Positions 10,535 through 24,132 are shown, counted from the whole stretch's first letter. The stretch: DNA of 63,930 nucleotides, filler included, from Hyphochytrium catenoides (GCA_900088475.1; 12 parts of 12 records of this genome joined end to end with filler, not necessarily neighbours in it), one strand, 5' to 3'. Notes: generated by a model from the letters alone, not told the origin. Program-made: numbers and translations.

Positions 10535-13500
10535 ATGTCACAGCATATCCAACAGCAGTTCACAGTTGTTAGAAGAACCCGTTGTTTGCTTCTCTTCTGC
10601 CTAGCTCTGTATGGGACAGTCTTAGTACCGCAGGTCATAGCTGATGGAGGTGGATGCGCAAATAGGTGCAGCGGACACGGAACCTGTGGCGGGGCCAAGT
10701 AAGTGTTCCCTCTCCCTTCATCACGGCTATTCAGCTTTTTCATGACCTCATATGATGCTGTTTGAACTCCGTGCTGCAGTAAGTGCATATGCGACCCGGG
10801 TTATCGGTACGCCCAAGACTGTTCACAAAGTAGGCTCAATCTTGATATTGCAACGATCCGCTACCTTGATACCACGTTTGCACACACTAACTCTTCTCTC
10901 ACATCAAACAACCACCATGTCACTCCTCTTTCTTGTAACAGGGGAGTGTCCTCGCGGGCCTGCCTGGTTTGATAAAGCTTATGATGTGGGCCGAGCGCAT
11001 TCTCTCCTTGAGTGCTCCAATGCAGGGATATGTGATCGTAAAACTGTAAGCGACTTAACACAAGTTTTCACAAATGTTGCGACATCCTTATCGTTGACTG
11101 TGTAGGGACTGTGTTCCTGCTTCCCTGGCTACACTGGGGCTGCCTGTCAGAGAAGTAAGGACTGCCATCGATACTTCAATTGGTGATGTCTCCAACGTCT
11201 AACAACTTTTTGAACGCCATCATCAGCGCATTGCCCCAATGACTGCTCCAATGCGGGATCTTGCCTTAGTATCAGCGCTGTTCAGGCCGCACTTAGTCCA
11301 GTGACAGCTCCTGCTTACAATCAGTGGGACGCTGATTCGTCCTTCATGTGTGTCTGTGACTATGGATATTCGGGACCAGATTGCTCCTTAAGTAAGTGTT
11401 CAATGAAACGCTGACCCATTTGTTGAGTTAGCTTGAGCAGATTTGTTTCTTTATACTCTCTCTTTCTGTCTGCCTTTCGCCCTGACATCCCGCGTGTAAT
11501 ACAAAATATCCTCTGTTTTATCGGCCTCTTATTTATATCTCCATGTCTTGACTCTTCCCCGTTCCATCTGTGTCTGTTCCACTTTGATCAATGTTACCAA
11601 GAGCTGTGCCCCAAGGGTGATGATCCCCTGACACTTGGCATAACGCATCGGGCGATAAGAATCATCACTGATGGAACACCCGGCCTAGAAGGCGAATATC
11701 GCTTCTACTTCAATGGATTCCAAGTCTCATTTTCAGCCGTCACGACCGGGACGACAGACGCGGGCTGCCGAAATCTTTTCGAGGGTCTCGATAGTATTGA
11801 AAGCCTTACCTGCGTAGTGGATGACTCTGACATGACGGCGGTCAAGTTCACCCTCACCTTACTGACATTCCCAGGATCATCGGTGGAGAACAACCTCTTC
11901 TTTCATGACGGCAACCCCCCGCTCTCCGCCTTCGCTTGTGACAGTTCTAATGTTACGGGAGGAAGCTGTACGATAGAAGATATAGCTCCTGCTGACGGTT
12001 ATGGTAGGAATTCATGCTTACAAGATAATTGAAGGACACAGCTTCCCTCCTTCGTCCAGTCCTTCGCAAAGGATCACTCACATATAACGCTTTATCTTCA
12101 TCTAGAGAATATGCTGTGCTCGGGAAGAGGTATCTGCGACTTCAATAGTGGCCAGTGCGGCTGCTACCCTATGTACTCAGGAAGCGATTGCACTTCCCAG
12201 ACAAATCTGGCAGAGACCTCTGATACTTCAGACGGGTTTGTTATCAACCCTCAAACGTTACTCTATGAGGGTAACGCGCTCAGGATCGCGACTACTAGAG
12301 GCATTTCCCCTGCCTTCAATTTTTTGTACATCGAGGCAGCGTCGTCACCCATCTTCACTATATCTGGGGAAGGGGACATAACCTCCTACACAGGTATAGT
12401 GGTCATGGCGATGGCCTATTGTTGCTGGGCCATTAGTTAACTAACCAGTTGCAACGACTACCATCCTCTTCTACCTGGTAGGGGACTTCGTAATACAATC
12501 AGGCAGCGGATACTTTGAGACGGGTCTCACCGTGAATACTGGAGGTTTCCGAGTTAACGAAGGCGGCGGGAAAATAGTCTCCCAAGAAATTCTGGAACCC
12601 TCTCTAGAGGTTCACACTTTGGATGCTGGGAGCTTGTTTGCAAGCTCAACGCTAAGGGTTAAGGCAACCACCTCCAACCCTGTGCCGTTCAAGCTCATCG
12701 AAGTAATTACAGAGCCCGCGGTCTTAACCCCACCGCCCCCTACCCCTATCTTTGACATTCTGACGGATGGAACAACCACTGTGCACATAGGACTGTTTCA
12801 AGTTTTGACTGGAGGCGGTTCGATTACAAGTAAGGGTTCTCGCTATATATAAGAGGAGTCGGGCACCACTACCACGGTGAGCGTTAATTCACGTCTGCGC
12901 TGTCGGGACAGGTACAAGAGCAAACCAACCGGCGTTGGCGGTTCAGGCGACGTCAACATTGTTTCAAGACTCTGTTTTGACAGTTTCATCAGTCAGAAGC
13001 ACGCTAGGGACGACGTCGGACTTCAGTCTCATCACAGCCTCTTCTGCAGCTGGCCAGACTGTTTTTGACGTGGGTGCCTCGGGCTCCACCACAATTGACC
13101 AGATAACTGACACACTAGATGGTCTTACTATCAATGCCCCGTCTGCCGCCTTTACGGGACACTTGATCCGGACGGTAGCGGTCCAATCGACATTGCCGTT
13201 TTACCATATGCGCTGCGAGAGCCGCTCCGGCGGTACACCATTTGATGCATTTTATGTTACTGGGACAGGCAGTGTCTACACTGACAGCTCGCTTCGAGTG
13301 GAAAGTGGAGGAGCTTCCATTGGCTCTGGAGGTAACAAGAGTGATATCTTCTTCGGGATTGGCAACTATTACGAGATGGAATTCTTAATATCTTGATGCG
13401 TCGTGTCCTCTTCTACTACTTTGATGCTTTTTTAGAGGTACTAAGTGATGTACTCATGTAGGCCTTTTAGTCGAGTCCGGCGGGGCGACTGTGGAAAGCG

Positions 13501-15917
13501 GAGGTGGCGTCATTTACGGTCACACAACAATCTACAGTGGTATACTTACCGCTACGGAGTCAGCCGTTGTACTAGATCCTGCAACTATGACACCAACACT
13601 CCATGTTGAAAACTCTGCAGCCGTCTTCACGTCGGATGTTATTTCCCTCGCTACGTCTAGCGCAGCACCTTCCAATAACTTCAACTTCATTAAGGCGGAA
13701 GCGCAAGGTTTGCTGCAATTCCAGGTAGGCTGTATATTAAATGGTATAAGAGAGCTCTTCAGGGTATTAACCTCATTGTATGTCTGGACTGGTGCCTGTA
13801 GGTTGACGGTGAAGGCAGTGTGGAGTCATTTTCGACAGTCCACTCCGTATCTACCACTACTGGCGGAATAGTTACTCATGGAGGACTTGGTGTCAGTATG
13901 AACGCTTACATTGGCGGCATTCTAACGGCTGACAATGGACAACAAAGTAGTTCTGTAACATCTGGGTCTGCAGTGGTGAAAGGCGGCCTTGCTGTTGCCA
14001 AAGATAGCTATCTTGGTGGTACTGTCTACGTCACACATACAGGCCAATCTGACAACTCCATGACGGGCGCACTAATCGTCCAAGGTGGTCTTGGAGTGTA
14101 CAAACAGACCTATGTCGGAGGCATTCTCACTGCAGCTAATCCAGCTCAGGCTTCCGCGACCAATGTTGGTGCTGCAGTTGTTTCTGGAGGTCTCGGGGTT
14201 GCTAAGGACACTTATTTGGGAGGAACAGTATATGCCATTCATCCAGGAGATTCAGGCGGTACCACCACTGGTTCGCTGATTGTAAGCGGAGGACTTGGAG
14301 TGGCTAAGAATACGTATGTTGGTGGTGTACTCACGGCTGCTAACCCCGTAGATGCAACTGCCACGGACTCGGCCTCCTTGGTCGTCTCTGGTGGTCTCGG
14401 CGTGGCAAAGGACACATACCTTGGTGGAACAGTGTATGCCACTCTTGGTGGTGACGCCACGGACACCACTACCGGATCCTTAATAGTCAGCGGCGGAGTT
14501 GGGGTATCTATGAATGCTTTTATTGGTGGTATTTTGACGGCAGCAAACACGGCACAAGCTATATCTACGACTAGTGGCTCCGCTGTTGTGTCCGGTGGCC
14601 TCGGGGTGGCGCTTGATACATACTTAGGTGGTACAGTGTACGCTACCCACGGGGGCGAAGCTACAAGTACGACGACTGGGTCACTGATCGTGAGTGGAGG
14701 AGTCGGAATTGCAAAGAATACATATGTAGGCGGTATTCTCAGAGCCACTAATGGCTTACAAGCGAGCGCAACAGACGTGGCGTCAGTGGTAGTTTCCGGG
14801 GGCCTCGGGGTGGCTAAGGACAGCTACCTGGGTGGTACAGTCTATGTTACCAACGCAGGCGACTCCTCGAACTCCATGACTGGAGCAGTAATCGTTAGTG
14901 GTGGACTCGGCGTCTATAAAAAGACCTATATCGGAGGGGTGCTGACGGCTGCCAACACGGCACAGTCTAGCGCTACCAATGTCGGCTCTGCTGTATTGTA
15001 TGGAGGTCTTGGGGTTGCCAAGGATAGCTACTTGGGTGGAACAGTCTATGCTATCCATACGGGTGAAGCCACGGATTCCATGAGCGGAGCGATCATCGTT
15101 CGCGGTGGGCTCGGTGTGTATAAGAACGCATTCATTGGGGGGATTCTGACTGCAACCAACACGGCACAAGCTACCTCTACTACTAGCGGCTCTGCAGTTG
15201 TCTCTGGTGGTCTTGGGGTGGCTCTAGATACCCGTCTGGGTGGCACTGTGTATGCTAGTCATACGGGAGACGCTACAAGTACAACGACTGGGTCACTGAT
15301 TGTAAGTGGCGGCGTTGGAATTGCGAAAGATACATATGTAGGGGGTGTCCTCGCAGCTGCTAACTCGTTGGATGCAAGTGCAACGAACGTGGCCTCGATG
15401 GTCGTCTCTGGTGGTCTCGGCGTGGCTAAAGACAGCTACTTGGGTGGTACAGTCTATGTTACCAACACAGGCGACTCCTCGAACTCAATGACTGGAGCAG
15501 TGATCATCCGCGGCGGAGTCGGCGTGTATAAAAAGGCCTATATCGGAGGGGTGCTGACGGCTGCCAACACGGCACAGTCTAGCGCTACCAATGTCGGTNN
15601 NNNNNNNNNNNNNNNNNNNNNNNNNNNNNNNNNNNNNNNNNNAACCAACACGGCACAAGCTACCTCTACTACTAGCGGCTCTGCAGTTGTCTCTGGTGGC
15701 CTTGGGGTGAAGTTAGATACGCGTCTGGGTGGCACTGTGTATGCTAGTCATACGGGAGACGCAACAAGCACGACGACTGGGTCACTGATTGTAAGTGGAG
15801 GAGTTGGGATTGCAAAGAGTGTGTTTATTGGTGGAGCCCTCACAACCTACAGTGTGCTAGATGCAAGCGCAACGAACGTGGCCTCGTTAGTCGTCTCTGG
15901 TGGCCTCGGGGTGGCTA
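10535..15917 (+). CDS. Secreted Sig1/tubular-mastigoneme-type EGF protein with C-terminal 34-aa fibre-like repeats, 3'-partial. Exons 10535-10698, 10780-10829, 10942-11045, 11106-11154, 11227-11391, 11602-12003, 12106-12393, 12482-12829, 12912-13331, 13462-13724, 13802->15917
   Basis: Ten GT-AG introns (60-210 nt) splice in one continuous frame. Signal-peptide-like RRTRCLLLFCLALYGTVLVPQVIA; motifs CANRCSGHGTC, CPRGPAWFD...AH...[51 protein letters not shown]. Confidence 0.85.
13850..15917 (+). repeat. Coding tandem repeat, 102 nt / 34 aa, alternating A/B units, about 20 or more copies
   Basis: Consensus GGLGVxKxxY(V/I)GG(I/V)LTA alternates with GGLGVAKDxYLGGTVY, each preceded by TTTGSLIVS/TSGSAVVS-type segments. 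Confidence 0.95.
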
Positions 15918-16018
15918 NNNNNNNNNNNNNNNNNNNNNNNNNNNNNNNNNNNNNNNNNNNNTTAATTAATTAANNNNNNNNNNNNNNNNNNNNNNNNNNN
16001 NNNNNNNNNNNNNNNNNA

Positions 16019-18918
16019 GGTCTCTCTTCTTCCTTCATCGGCTCTCTTTGGGCAGGCATTCCACTCCTCTTCAAGATGTTGGAGAGAGGGCTAAGAAAGG
16101 GAGACCACACAGGAGAGGGATCTTCTCGTTCTCTCTCTCCCCATCCTCTCTTTCGACTCGTTCTCTTTCTCTTGGGACAACTCTTCCCAGTGATAATGAC
16201 CATCCAGATGCTCACCGCCTTGGTTCACTTTCTCATTCCTCTGACGGGGAGAGGAGGGACAGTTCTCCCTGCAGATCTGGTTGTCTCCATTGTGGTTGCT
16301 TTCTCTCTCTCTTGCGTCTCTTCTTTTCTCCCTGTACTCGTCGCTAGATTGAGCCGTCGATCTCTCTCTCGCTGCATCAAGGCTGTAGCTCTTCTCTCTC
16401 TTCTCTCGTTTGGTGCCGCTCTCTCTTCTTTTCCCTATTCGGATGATTGTCCGAAGAGAGTGATCGCTGTGCATACCTCCAGATATTTTCCAGACGGGAA
16501 AGGTTCGCCCTCTCTCTTTCACTTACTCTTCCCTTCTTCTTCTCTTTCACTTTTTTCTCTCTCTCCCTCTCCACATTTCTCTCTTTGTCCCTTCCCCTTT
16601 TCCCGCATTTTTTGTCTCGTTTCTCTTCTTATTTTCTGGTTCCTTCGCCCCTTCCGGTCTCACTTGCCTGCCTGTGGCTGTCTCTTTTTCTTCCTTTCTA
16701 GCTCCCTCTCTTACTTTTCTAGTGCGTTTTCTCGCTCTTTCTCCATCTCTCGATTCTCCTTCTCCTTTCGCTCTGGATCTATTTCGACCTCTCTCTGGTC
16801 ATTTTCTTTCTGTCTCTTACCGCATCTCACTCTCACATCTTCGCCTCTCTCTCTCTGACTCTCTCTCTCTCCCTTCCGTCTCTCTCTCTTTCCATCTCAT
16901 CCTTTTACAAGCAGCGGATCACGGTGTCTGGATTATTCCTTTTGATCGGACGGGACTGAAGAGTTTGGATCCCTTTCTCTTCTCCTCCATCGCGGAGAAA
17001 GAGAGAGAACTTGTGGCGCCAGAGAGAGACTCAGAGGCGGTGTACGACGATCTCCCCTGGTTGCTTCCTGGTGAGTTGAGTCCAGATTTGAAGAGAGACG
17101 CAGGTGGAAAGGGAGCGAAGAAGAGAGCTAAAGACTGAGGAAGAGAGAGAGAGAGAACCCCAGCTAGAACGAGACAAATCAGAGACAAGAGAGGGTTCTT
17201 GAACGTGGAGCGATGGCGAACATAGAGAAGGGGAGGAAGAGGGGGGGAGAGAGAGAGAGAAAGACCAAGTGGCAGGGCACGGCAGAAGAGAAGAAGAAAG
17301 ACCCTTACGGGAAGGAGACTAGAACAGAGAAAGAAGAGTAGAGGCTGCACCAGGGAGACCTATGTCTCATTTCTGTTTGTCTCTCTTGCTCTGCTCCTTC
17401 CTCTCCCACCTGATCCCTCTACCGTGGTCCCTCCTCTTCACTCTCTCTCACAATCTTTCCCGCGGCCCTCTCTCTCTTTCCTTCCTCTCCCGGCGGCGCC
17501 CACCTCTTGCCCTTTTCCTCTCTTTGTCCTCTCCCTCTCTCCTGCCTTCTTTTTCTTCCCTCCCCCCCCNNNNNNNNNNNNNNNGTACCTTGAGCGATGT
17601 CTTCAACGAAGGAACAGGAACACGGAGATTGGAACTCTTTTTCCGCGGTCCGAGCCGCCTGACGCTCTTTGTCTCCGAGTCTGTGGCGTTGGTGGGCTGG
17701 TCTCTGAAGAGAGGAAGTATGGACCGCTCTCCCCTGAAAGGCGCGGGTGCATACTTTATTTTTATTGCGGGAGGAAACAATGTCACAGAGGTATGGTGCT
17801 CTCTCTCTCTCTCTCTCTCTCTATGTGTGTGTGTCTCTCTCGCTCTCGCTCTCTATGTGTGTGTGTGTCTCTCTCTCTCTTGCGCTCTCTCGCTCTTTCT
17901 CGCTCTCTCCTTCTTCAGATACTCTCTCTCTCTCTCATGCTTTCTGTCTTTCTCTTTTCTTGTCGTGTCTCTTCTTCTTTTTCCTCTTCTCTTGTCTTGT
18001 GCGTGTGTTTGTCGGTCTGTTAGAGGTGATCCTTTCTTCTCTGTTTATTGTATGATATATTGTTGGAAAGGCGCGTCTGTCACGCTCGCCAATGGTCTCC
18101 CTCTCTTTCTCTCTCCTCTCTCTCTTTCTCTCTCTCTCCCTCTTTCTCTTCTTTTGCTTCTGTCTCTCGCGCCAGCAGTAACACGGTCTCCTGTTCTTGC
18201 CTCTACCCTGTTCGTTTCGTCATTTTAGACGCTTCTCTCTCTGCCTTGGGTCCTCTCTTTGCCTCTTTCAACGGCTCTCTCCCTCTCTCTTTTCACTCAG
18301 AAGTGCCGTCACATCACTCTCTGTCTCTCTTTCTCTATGTGACCCTTTTCCATCTCTCTCCTTGTTCTCTCCTCTTTTTGCAAGGTACCCTTGTTCTCTC
18401 AAAGCGTTGTTTTTGCTGTCATCAAGTTTCCTCTGTCTCTCATCTCATCATGAAGGAGGATGAAAGCTCTTTCTCATGATTCGCGCCCCTCTCGCTGTTT
18501 TCTCTTTCTTTCTCTCTCTCATCTGCTCTCTCTTCTCTCTCTCTCTCTCTCTCTCTCTTTTCTCCTGTCTCAATCTTTCTCTCTATACTGTCTGACTCTT
18601 TTGTTTGACCCTCCTCTTTCTCCCGTCGCCTTCTCTCCCTTTTCCTCTCTTTTATTCTCTCTCCCTTCTCTCCCTCTGTCTCTTTGTCTGTCTGTCTCTC
18701 TCTCTCCCTCTCTCTCTCTCTCTCTTCTTTTTTTTTTATCTCCACAGGGCACGGTCTGGCTCGAGACAAGAGGGAGAGGAAAGGTTCCGATAGCTTACGC
18801 GGGTCATTATTTAGAAGTTTCCTCTCCTCTTTTAGAGAAACTGAAGGGGACTCTTCCCTCCTGGGCCCGAAGAGGAGCGATGAGCTGGGGCGCACAGTGG
18901 AGAAAAGATACGTTTTAG
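16019..18918 (+). CDS. ERMP1: Endoplasmic reticulum metallopeptidase 1 (M28 family), C-terminal part, 5'-partial. Exons <16019-16502, ~16912-17070, ~17584-17790 (start lies in a gap), 18748-18918
   Basis: GLSSSFIGSLWAGIPLL; FLIPLTGRGGTVLPADLVV; FPYSDDCPKRVIAVHTSR; DHGVWIIPFDRTG; FFRGPSRLTLFV; YFIFIAGG; AGHYLE...LPSWA. All match the ERMP1 C-terminal pattern. Confidence 0.82.
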
Positions 18919-19087
18919 TCAAATGAGAGAGAGAAGAAGATGAAGAAAAGAGAGAGAGAGAGAGAGAGAGAGAAAGTGCTGGGATGTCTGAAACAGACAA
19001 AGGAGAGAAGGGAGAAACGGAAAATTTATAAAAGAGAAGAAAGACAGGTTTTTATTTGTAAAAAAAAAAAGTTGAGAAAGAAAGGGC

Positions 19088-19118
<31 letters not shown>

Positions 19119-19415
19119 AGTGGAGGTTCCAGGGCCTAAGACAGAAGAGATAATGCTTGAGATGGAACAACTCCCTTTCTTTTTTCTTATATCAAATATA
19201 GGAAAGAGTACTAACCTACTGCGCAAGGAAAGAGAGATGTGAAAGTCCATCAGAATGTAGAAGAAGCTCCTTTATTTCTTGACTTTGCCCTTATCTTCTC
19301 TGTTTCTTCTTTTTTATTTCTCTCTCTTGCTGTCGCATGATCTCTCCCCCTTTTTGGAGGGATCATTGTTGCATCATGAGACTAGTTTCTCTCTCTCTCT
19401 CGTCTTTCATCACTT

Positions 19416-19450
<35 letters not shown>

Positions 19451-20944
19451 GTCCATCAGCCCTTCTCGCAGAATACTTTCCTAGTCTCCTGCTCCCTCCC
19501 AACAAGCCTCTCTTTTACTTTCTTCCTGGCTCTCTTTGTCTTCTCTCCTTCATCTAAAGGCGCTCTTCTCTCTGTCTCTCTCTCTCTCTTCTTCTCTCTC
19601 TCTCTCTTTTACATGCGGCCACTTCTTACTTCTTCCCTGCTCAGGCTGATGATGGCGCTTGTTGGTTCTGATGATGGATTGTGACCTCTCTTCTTCTCTT
19701 CTTTCGCCATTCTTACCTTCTTCTTCTATTCTACTGTTTTGGCATGAGGAGGAACGAGGAAGAGAGCCAGTTTCTCATCAGAGGAGAACGAGGGTTGATG
19801 GTGGCCAAGGATTCTTGGATGGGAGGAAGTTACCTGAATGTCAAACATTTTCTTCTCTCTCTCTCTCTCTCTCTTCTCTCATCTCTCTCTTACTTTCTCT
19901 CTCGCTATCTCTCTCTCTCACGCCCTCTCTCTCTCTCCCTCTCTTTCCCTCTCCCTCACTCTCTCTCCCTCACTCTCTCTCCCTCACTCTCTCACTCTCT
20001 CTCTCTCTCTCTCTCTCTCCCACTCTCTCTCTCTCTCTCTCTCTCTCTGCCCATTATCAGACGGGGCCTTAAAGGTGGCCCCTTAGTAACTGCCGTTTCT
20101 GGTGCTGCACAGCCCATAATAATACCCCCAGGGCAGCACAGCTCTCTAACTTATCCGGAAATATTAAAGGTAGTAATAATGCAAGAGGATTCTCTAGAAG
20201 AGCCAAAGATTCATATCTTACATTCAAATTTATTTCCTTCCTAAGTTTTACTATCAAGAGAATGAATACTTCAACTATGAATTTACATTGCAATTTACTC
20301 TAGGAGTGGACGGCTAACGGCTATGGAAGGTTTACGGTTCATAAAGTGTAATAACTCGTGCTGATGATGAGCAGAAAGCTGATTCTTCAGCAGAAAATTG
20401 CCTTGAACTCTTCCTAAAAATGAACCTTCTGCATATTTCTGGGGGACACTCTTGGGGATTGATGAGGTATCGGTCTCCTTAGATGTTGACCAAGATGCAG
20501 GCCTGGGTCGGGATCTCTCAAAAGTATATACTTACGGAAAACTGGAGACACATTTCTTGGAGGGTAGAACCCCACTTTATAAGGTTCTTTAGGACTTCAA
20601 GATTGCCTACCATCCATAAATGTGTCCACCACGACATTGTCTGGTGCCGAATATAGCTCGTTTTACTGCGTTGATTAGGAATAAATGATAGTCGTTTTTG
20701 AACGACATTACCCTTTTCGTGTTGTGGCTCTGATTACGGCAGTGGAATCTCTCTCTCTCTTTCTCTTTCTCTCTCTCTGTCTCTCTCTCTCTCTGTCTCC
20801 CCTATTCCTTATTAACACTGTCATAATAAACTTACCAGCGATATCTCTTTCTTTTGTCTATTCTTTTTCATTTTCCCTCCTTGAAGCGCAGGGTTTTTGT
20901 TTCTCTGTCTTATTACTTCAGGCAACACGATGTCATTGTTCTTT

Positions 20945-21008
<64 letters not shown>

Positions 21009-21105
21009 GAGAGAGAGAGGGAAAAAGAGAAACCTCACCCAAACCTTCGGCATGGTGCAGACTGCTAAAGGAAGATATTTACCTCCATCAGCGCATCCGC
21101 CTGTC

Positions 21106-21140
<35 letters not shown>

Positions 21141-22381
21141 AGGGAGAGAGAAGAGAGGAGAGCCGGATTGTAGATCAGTGAATCATTTCTCTTCTCTAGC
21201 TTTATAATAGCGCAGAGAGAGAGAGAGAGACATCGAAGAAGAGCCGCGACATTTATCTTCTTTCGCCCTCTCTTCTGGCTGATACCGCGGTCTCTGTTGG
21301 CGCCGGTGCGATAAAGAGAGAGAGCAAAAAAAGAGAGAGAGAAGAGTAGAAAGGGTGAAAGAGAGAGAGAGTGCACCTCTCCGGAAAGACAATGACGAAT
21401 CTCTCTTGTTGGGTCTGCTGCTGAGCTGCCAAGGACAGGAAAAGGTAACAAGAGAGACATTTCAGGGTCTTTTTCCTTCTTTCCTTCTATCTTTCTCCCC
21501 TTCTCTCTTTCTGCCTCTCTCGCTCGCTTCTCTATTCTTGCTCTCCGGGTAGTTCGCTGCTAACAGCTTTTCGTTTCTCTCTCTCTCTTTTTCTTCCTCT
21601 CTTTCTCTGCCGTCGTCTCCCGTCTCTCACTTATTCCTGGCATCTCATCTCTCTATTCTAGTTCCAGCGAGTGTCTAACGGAGACAAGAAGAGACCGGTC
21701 ATTTTCAAACGAAAACGAGAAGGAAGAGAGAGAGAAAGAGAGAGAGACCGTCCAACGGAAGTCTGTGTCCATCTAAAAACCAGAAAAATCCAGCAACAAG
21801 GGAAAAACCTGACACGGGCCGACAGACACAGTGAGAGAGAGAGAGAGATTCTCACATAGACCCAAGAGAGAAGAGAGAGAGAGAGAGAAAAGGAGAGAGA
21901 GAGAGAGAGAGAGAGAGATGGGCAGCAATCGCGACTCTTTCGGTGCTTTACTAGGAGATGTGGACTTCAACATCGATCCCGAGCATCGCTCCTCCATCTC
22001 AGACTTGGGGAAGATTCTCTTCGCCGAGGGTGCGAGCCAGAGTCAAGGAAATAGACAGGGAAATGGCGCACGAGGTGCGCAGGCGGGAGGGGCGTTGAAG
22101 AGAGGAAGAACAGAGAGTGGCGCCAATGTGCAGAATGTACCAGGAGCTAATGGGACGGCCGGTGAGACAATATGAAGAGTCTCTCTCTCTCTCCCTCTCT
22201 CTCTCTCTTTCTGTCTCTCTCTTTGTCGCGTACGTACTCTCTTTTCTTGGTACCTGCTCTCCTCTTGTTCTTTTTCTCTGGTTGTCTCTTTGTTCTCTCT
22301 TTCTTCCTTTCCCTTCCTTCAACTGCCATCCTTGCTCCTGTTTGGAGCATTCAGTTCTCTGCCCTTGCTTGGGCTCTTTGG

Positions 22382-22417
<36 letters not shown>

Positions 22418-23137
22418 TTCACTGTCTCTCTCTCTGTGAATTCTTGTCTCCTGCTCGTTCCTTCTTTACTCGTTCGCTGCTCAGTATAAATAGCCTCGTC
22501 GAGGATATTCCTCCTTGATTGTCCGCTATTAGATGTCCAACTTTCTCTCTCTCTCTCTCTCCGCGTCTCTCTCTCTCTCTCGCCCTCCTCTCTCTCCTAA
22601 TGAAGGTAAAGCGAAGGAGGCTGGAGGTTTAGCAGGAAAGGCAACCGACTCAAGAAAGAAAGCGACACCCAAGAAATGGACTCCAGAAGAGGATGAAAGT
22701 CTAAGAAGAGCCGTTGCTTTGCATGGAGAGAAAAACTGGAAGGTCCGCTCCCTTTCTCTTCATTTTTCTCAGTGACTCTCTCTCTCATCTCAATCATTTC
22801 TCTCAGATTATAGAGTGTCTCCTTACTTTTCACTCTTCTCTCTCTCGTGGGTACTCTCTCTTTTATACTTCGGATGTCTCTTTTTCTTCTTTTTCCCTTT
22901 TCTTCCTTTCTCTCTCCCGCTCTTTCCCTGTTTATCTGTTTCTCTCTCTCTCTTTTTTCTCTCTCTCTTTTTCTCTCTCTCTCTCTCTTTGCACTTGCTT
23001 CTGTCTGTGAGCCCTAACCTGTCAGCTGACAGGCAATTGCCGATGAGGTGAAAGATCGGAATCACACCCAATGCTTACAACGCTGGACCAAGGTCCTGGC
23101 GCCGGGGCTAGTCAAGGTAAGCAGCAAATGAAAGCTA

Positions 23138-23181
<44 letters not shown>

Positions 23182-23634
23182 AAGAGCATGGTGTGCTCTT
23201 TGAAAAAAGAGAGACAGAGAAGGAACGGATGGCCTTGGGGGACTTCTCTTTTCCTGCTTTTTGCTTTTCAAAAACGCACATGGTTACCATTTGAAAGCAC
23301 TAAACTCTATTTCTCTTTCTCTCCATTTCTCTCTCTCTCTCTCTCTCTCTTTCACTTGCTCTCTCTCCTTATATCTCTCTCTCTCTCTCTCTCCGTCTGG
23401 GTCATCAGGGTCACTGGCGGCCGGAGGAGGATGAGCTGTTGAAGCAGTTGGTGGCGGAAGGAAGAAAGAATTGGGGACAAGTTGCCGCCAGAATTCCAGG
23501 CAGGACGTCCAAGCAGTGCAGAGAACGGTGGTACAACCACCTGGACCCGAATATAGTCAGAGGGTAAGGAGAGAGAGAGAGAGACAAAGAGAGACAAAGA
23601 AGAGAGAGAAAAAACATGGTCAAAGGTTGGCAAA

Positions 23635-23665
<31 letters not shown>

Positions 23666-24097
23666 CACACACCAGACAGCAGAGAGAAAGAGCCCGGCAG
23701 ACAGAGTTTGTACTGAAGAGGGTAGGGATAAGCAGAGAAAGTCGGAGAGAGACAGAACAGTAGAGAATGATAACCGCAGGGAGAGCGGGAGAAAAAAGAG
23801 AAAGACGGACAGTAACAGAGAGAGACACACACACAAGGGGATGGAGATAGAGAGGATAAGTTGTGGGAGAAAGTAGAGGAGAGAAAGAAATCGACCTTGC
23901 CCAATGTGTAAAGCCCTTGTCTGTGGTAGAGGCGGAGAGAGAGAGAACGAGAGCAGTAAGTGCGGAAACAAAAAAAGAGAAATAGAACGTATGGAAGAGC
24001 ACAGAGGCAAACTGACCTGCTTCCATGTTTGCCTCTCTCTTTCTCTCTCTCTCTTTTCTTCGGTCTCTTGCTCCCTCCATCTCTTTCTCTCTCTCTC

Positions 24098-24132
<35 letters not shown>

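Noticed and set aside
14239-15735. Minus-strand ORFs with TPPLT/TPRPPET repeats
   Set aside because: Antisense shadows of the Gly/Val-rich plus-strand repeat
13850-15917. Regularly spaced repeats as a CRISPR array
   Set aside because: The period is 102 nt, variation is at synonymous positions, and the whole unit is coding
20060-20690. Microsatellite-free AT-richer island between ERMP1 and Myb
   Set aside because: No ORF, TIR pair or RNA-gene signature that I could support; possibly a decayed TE
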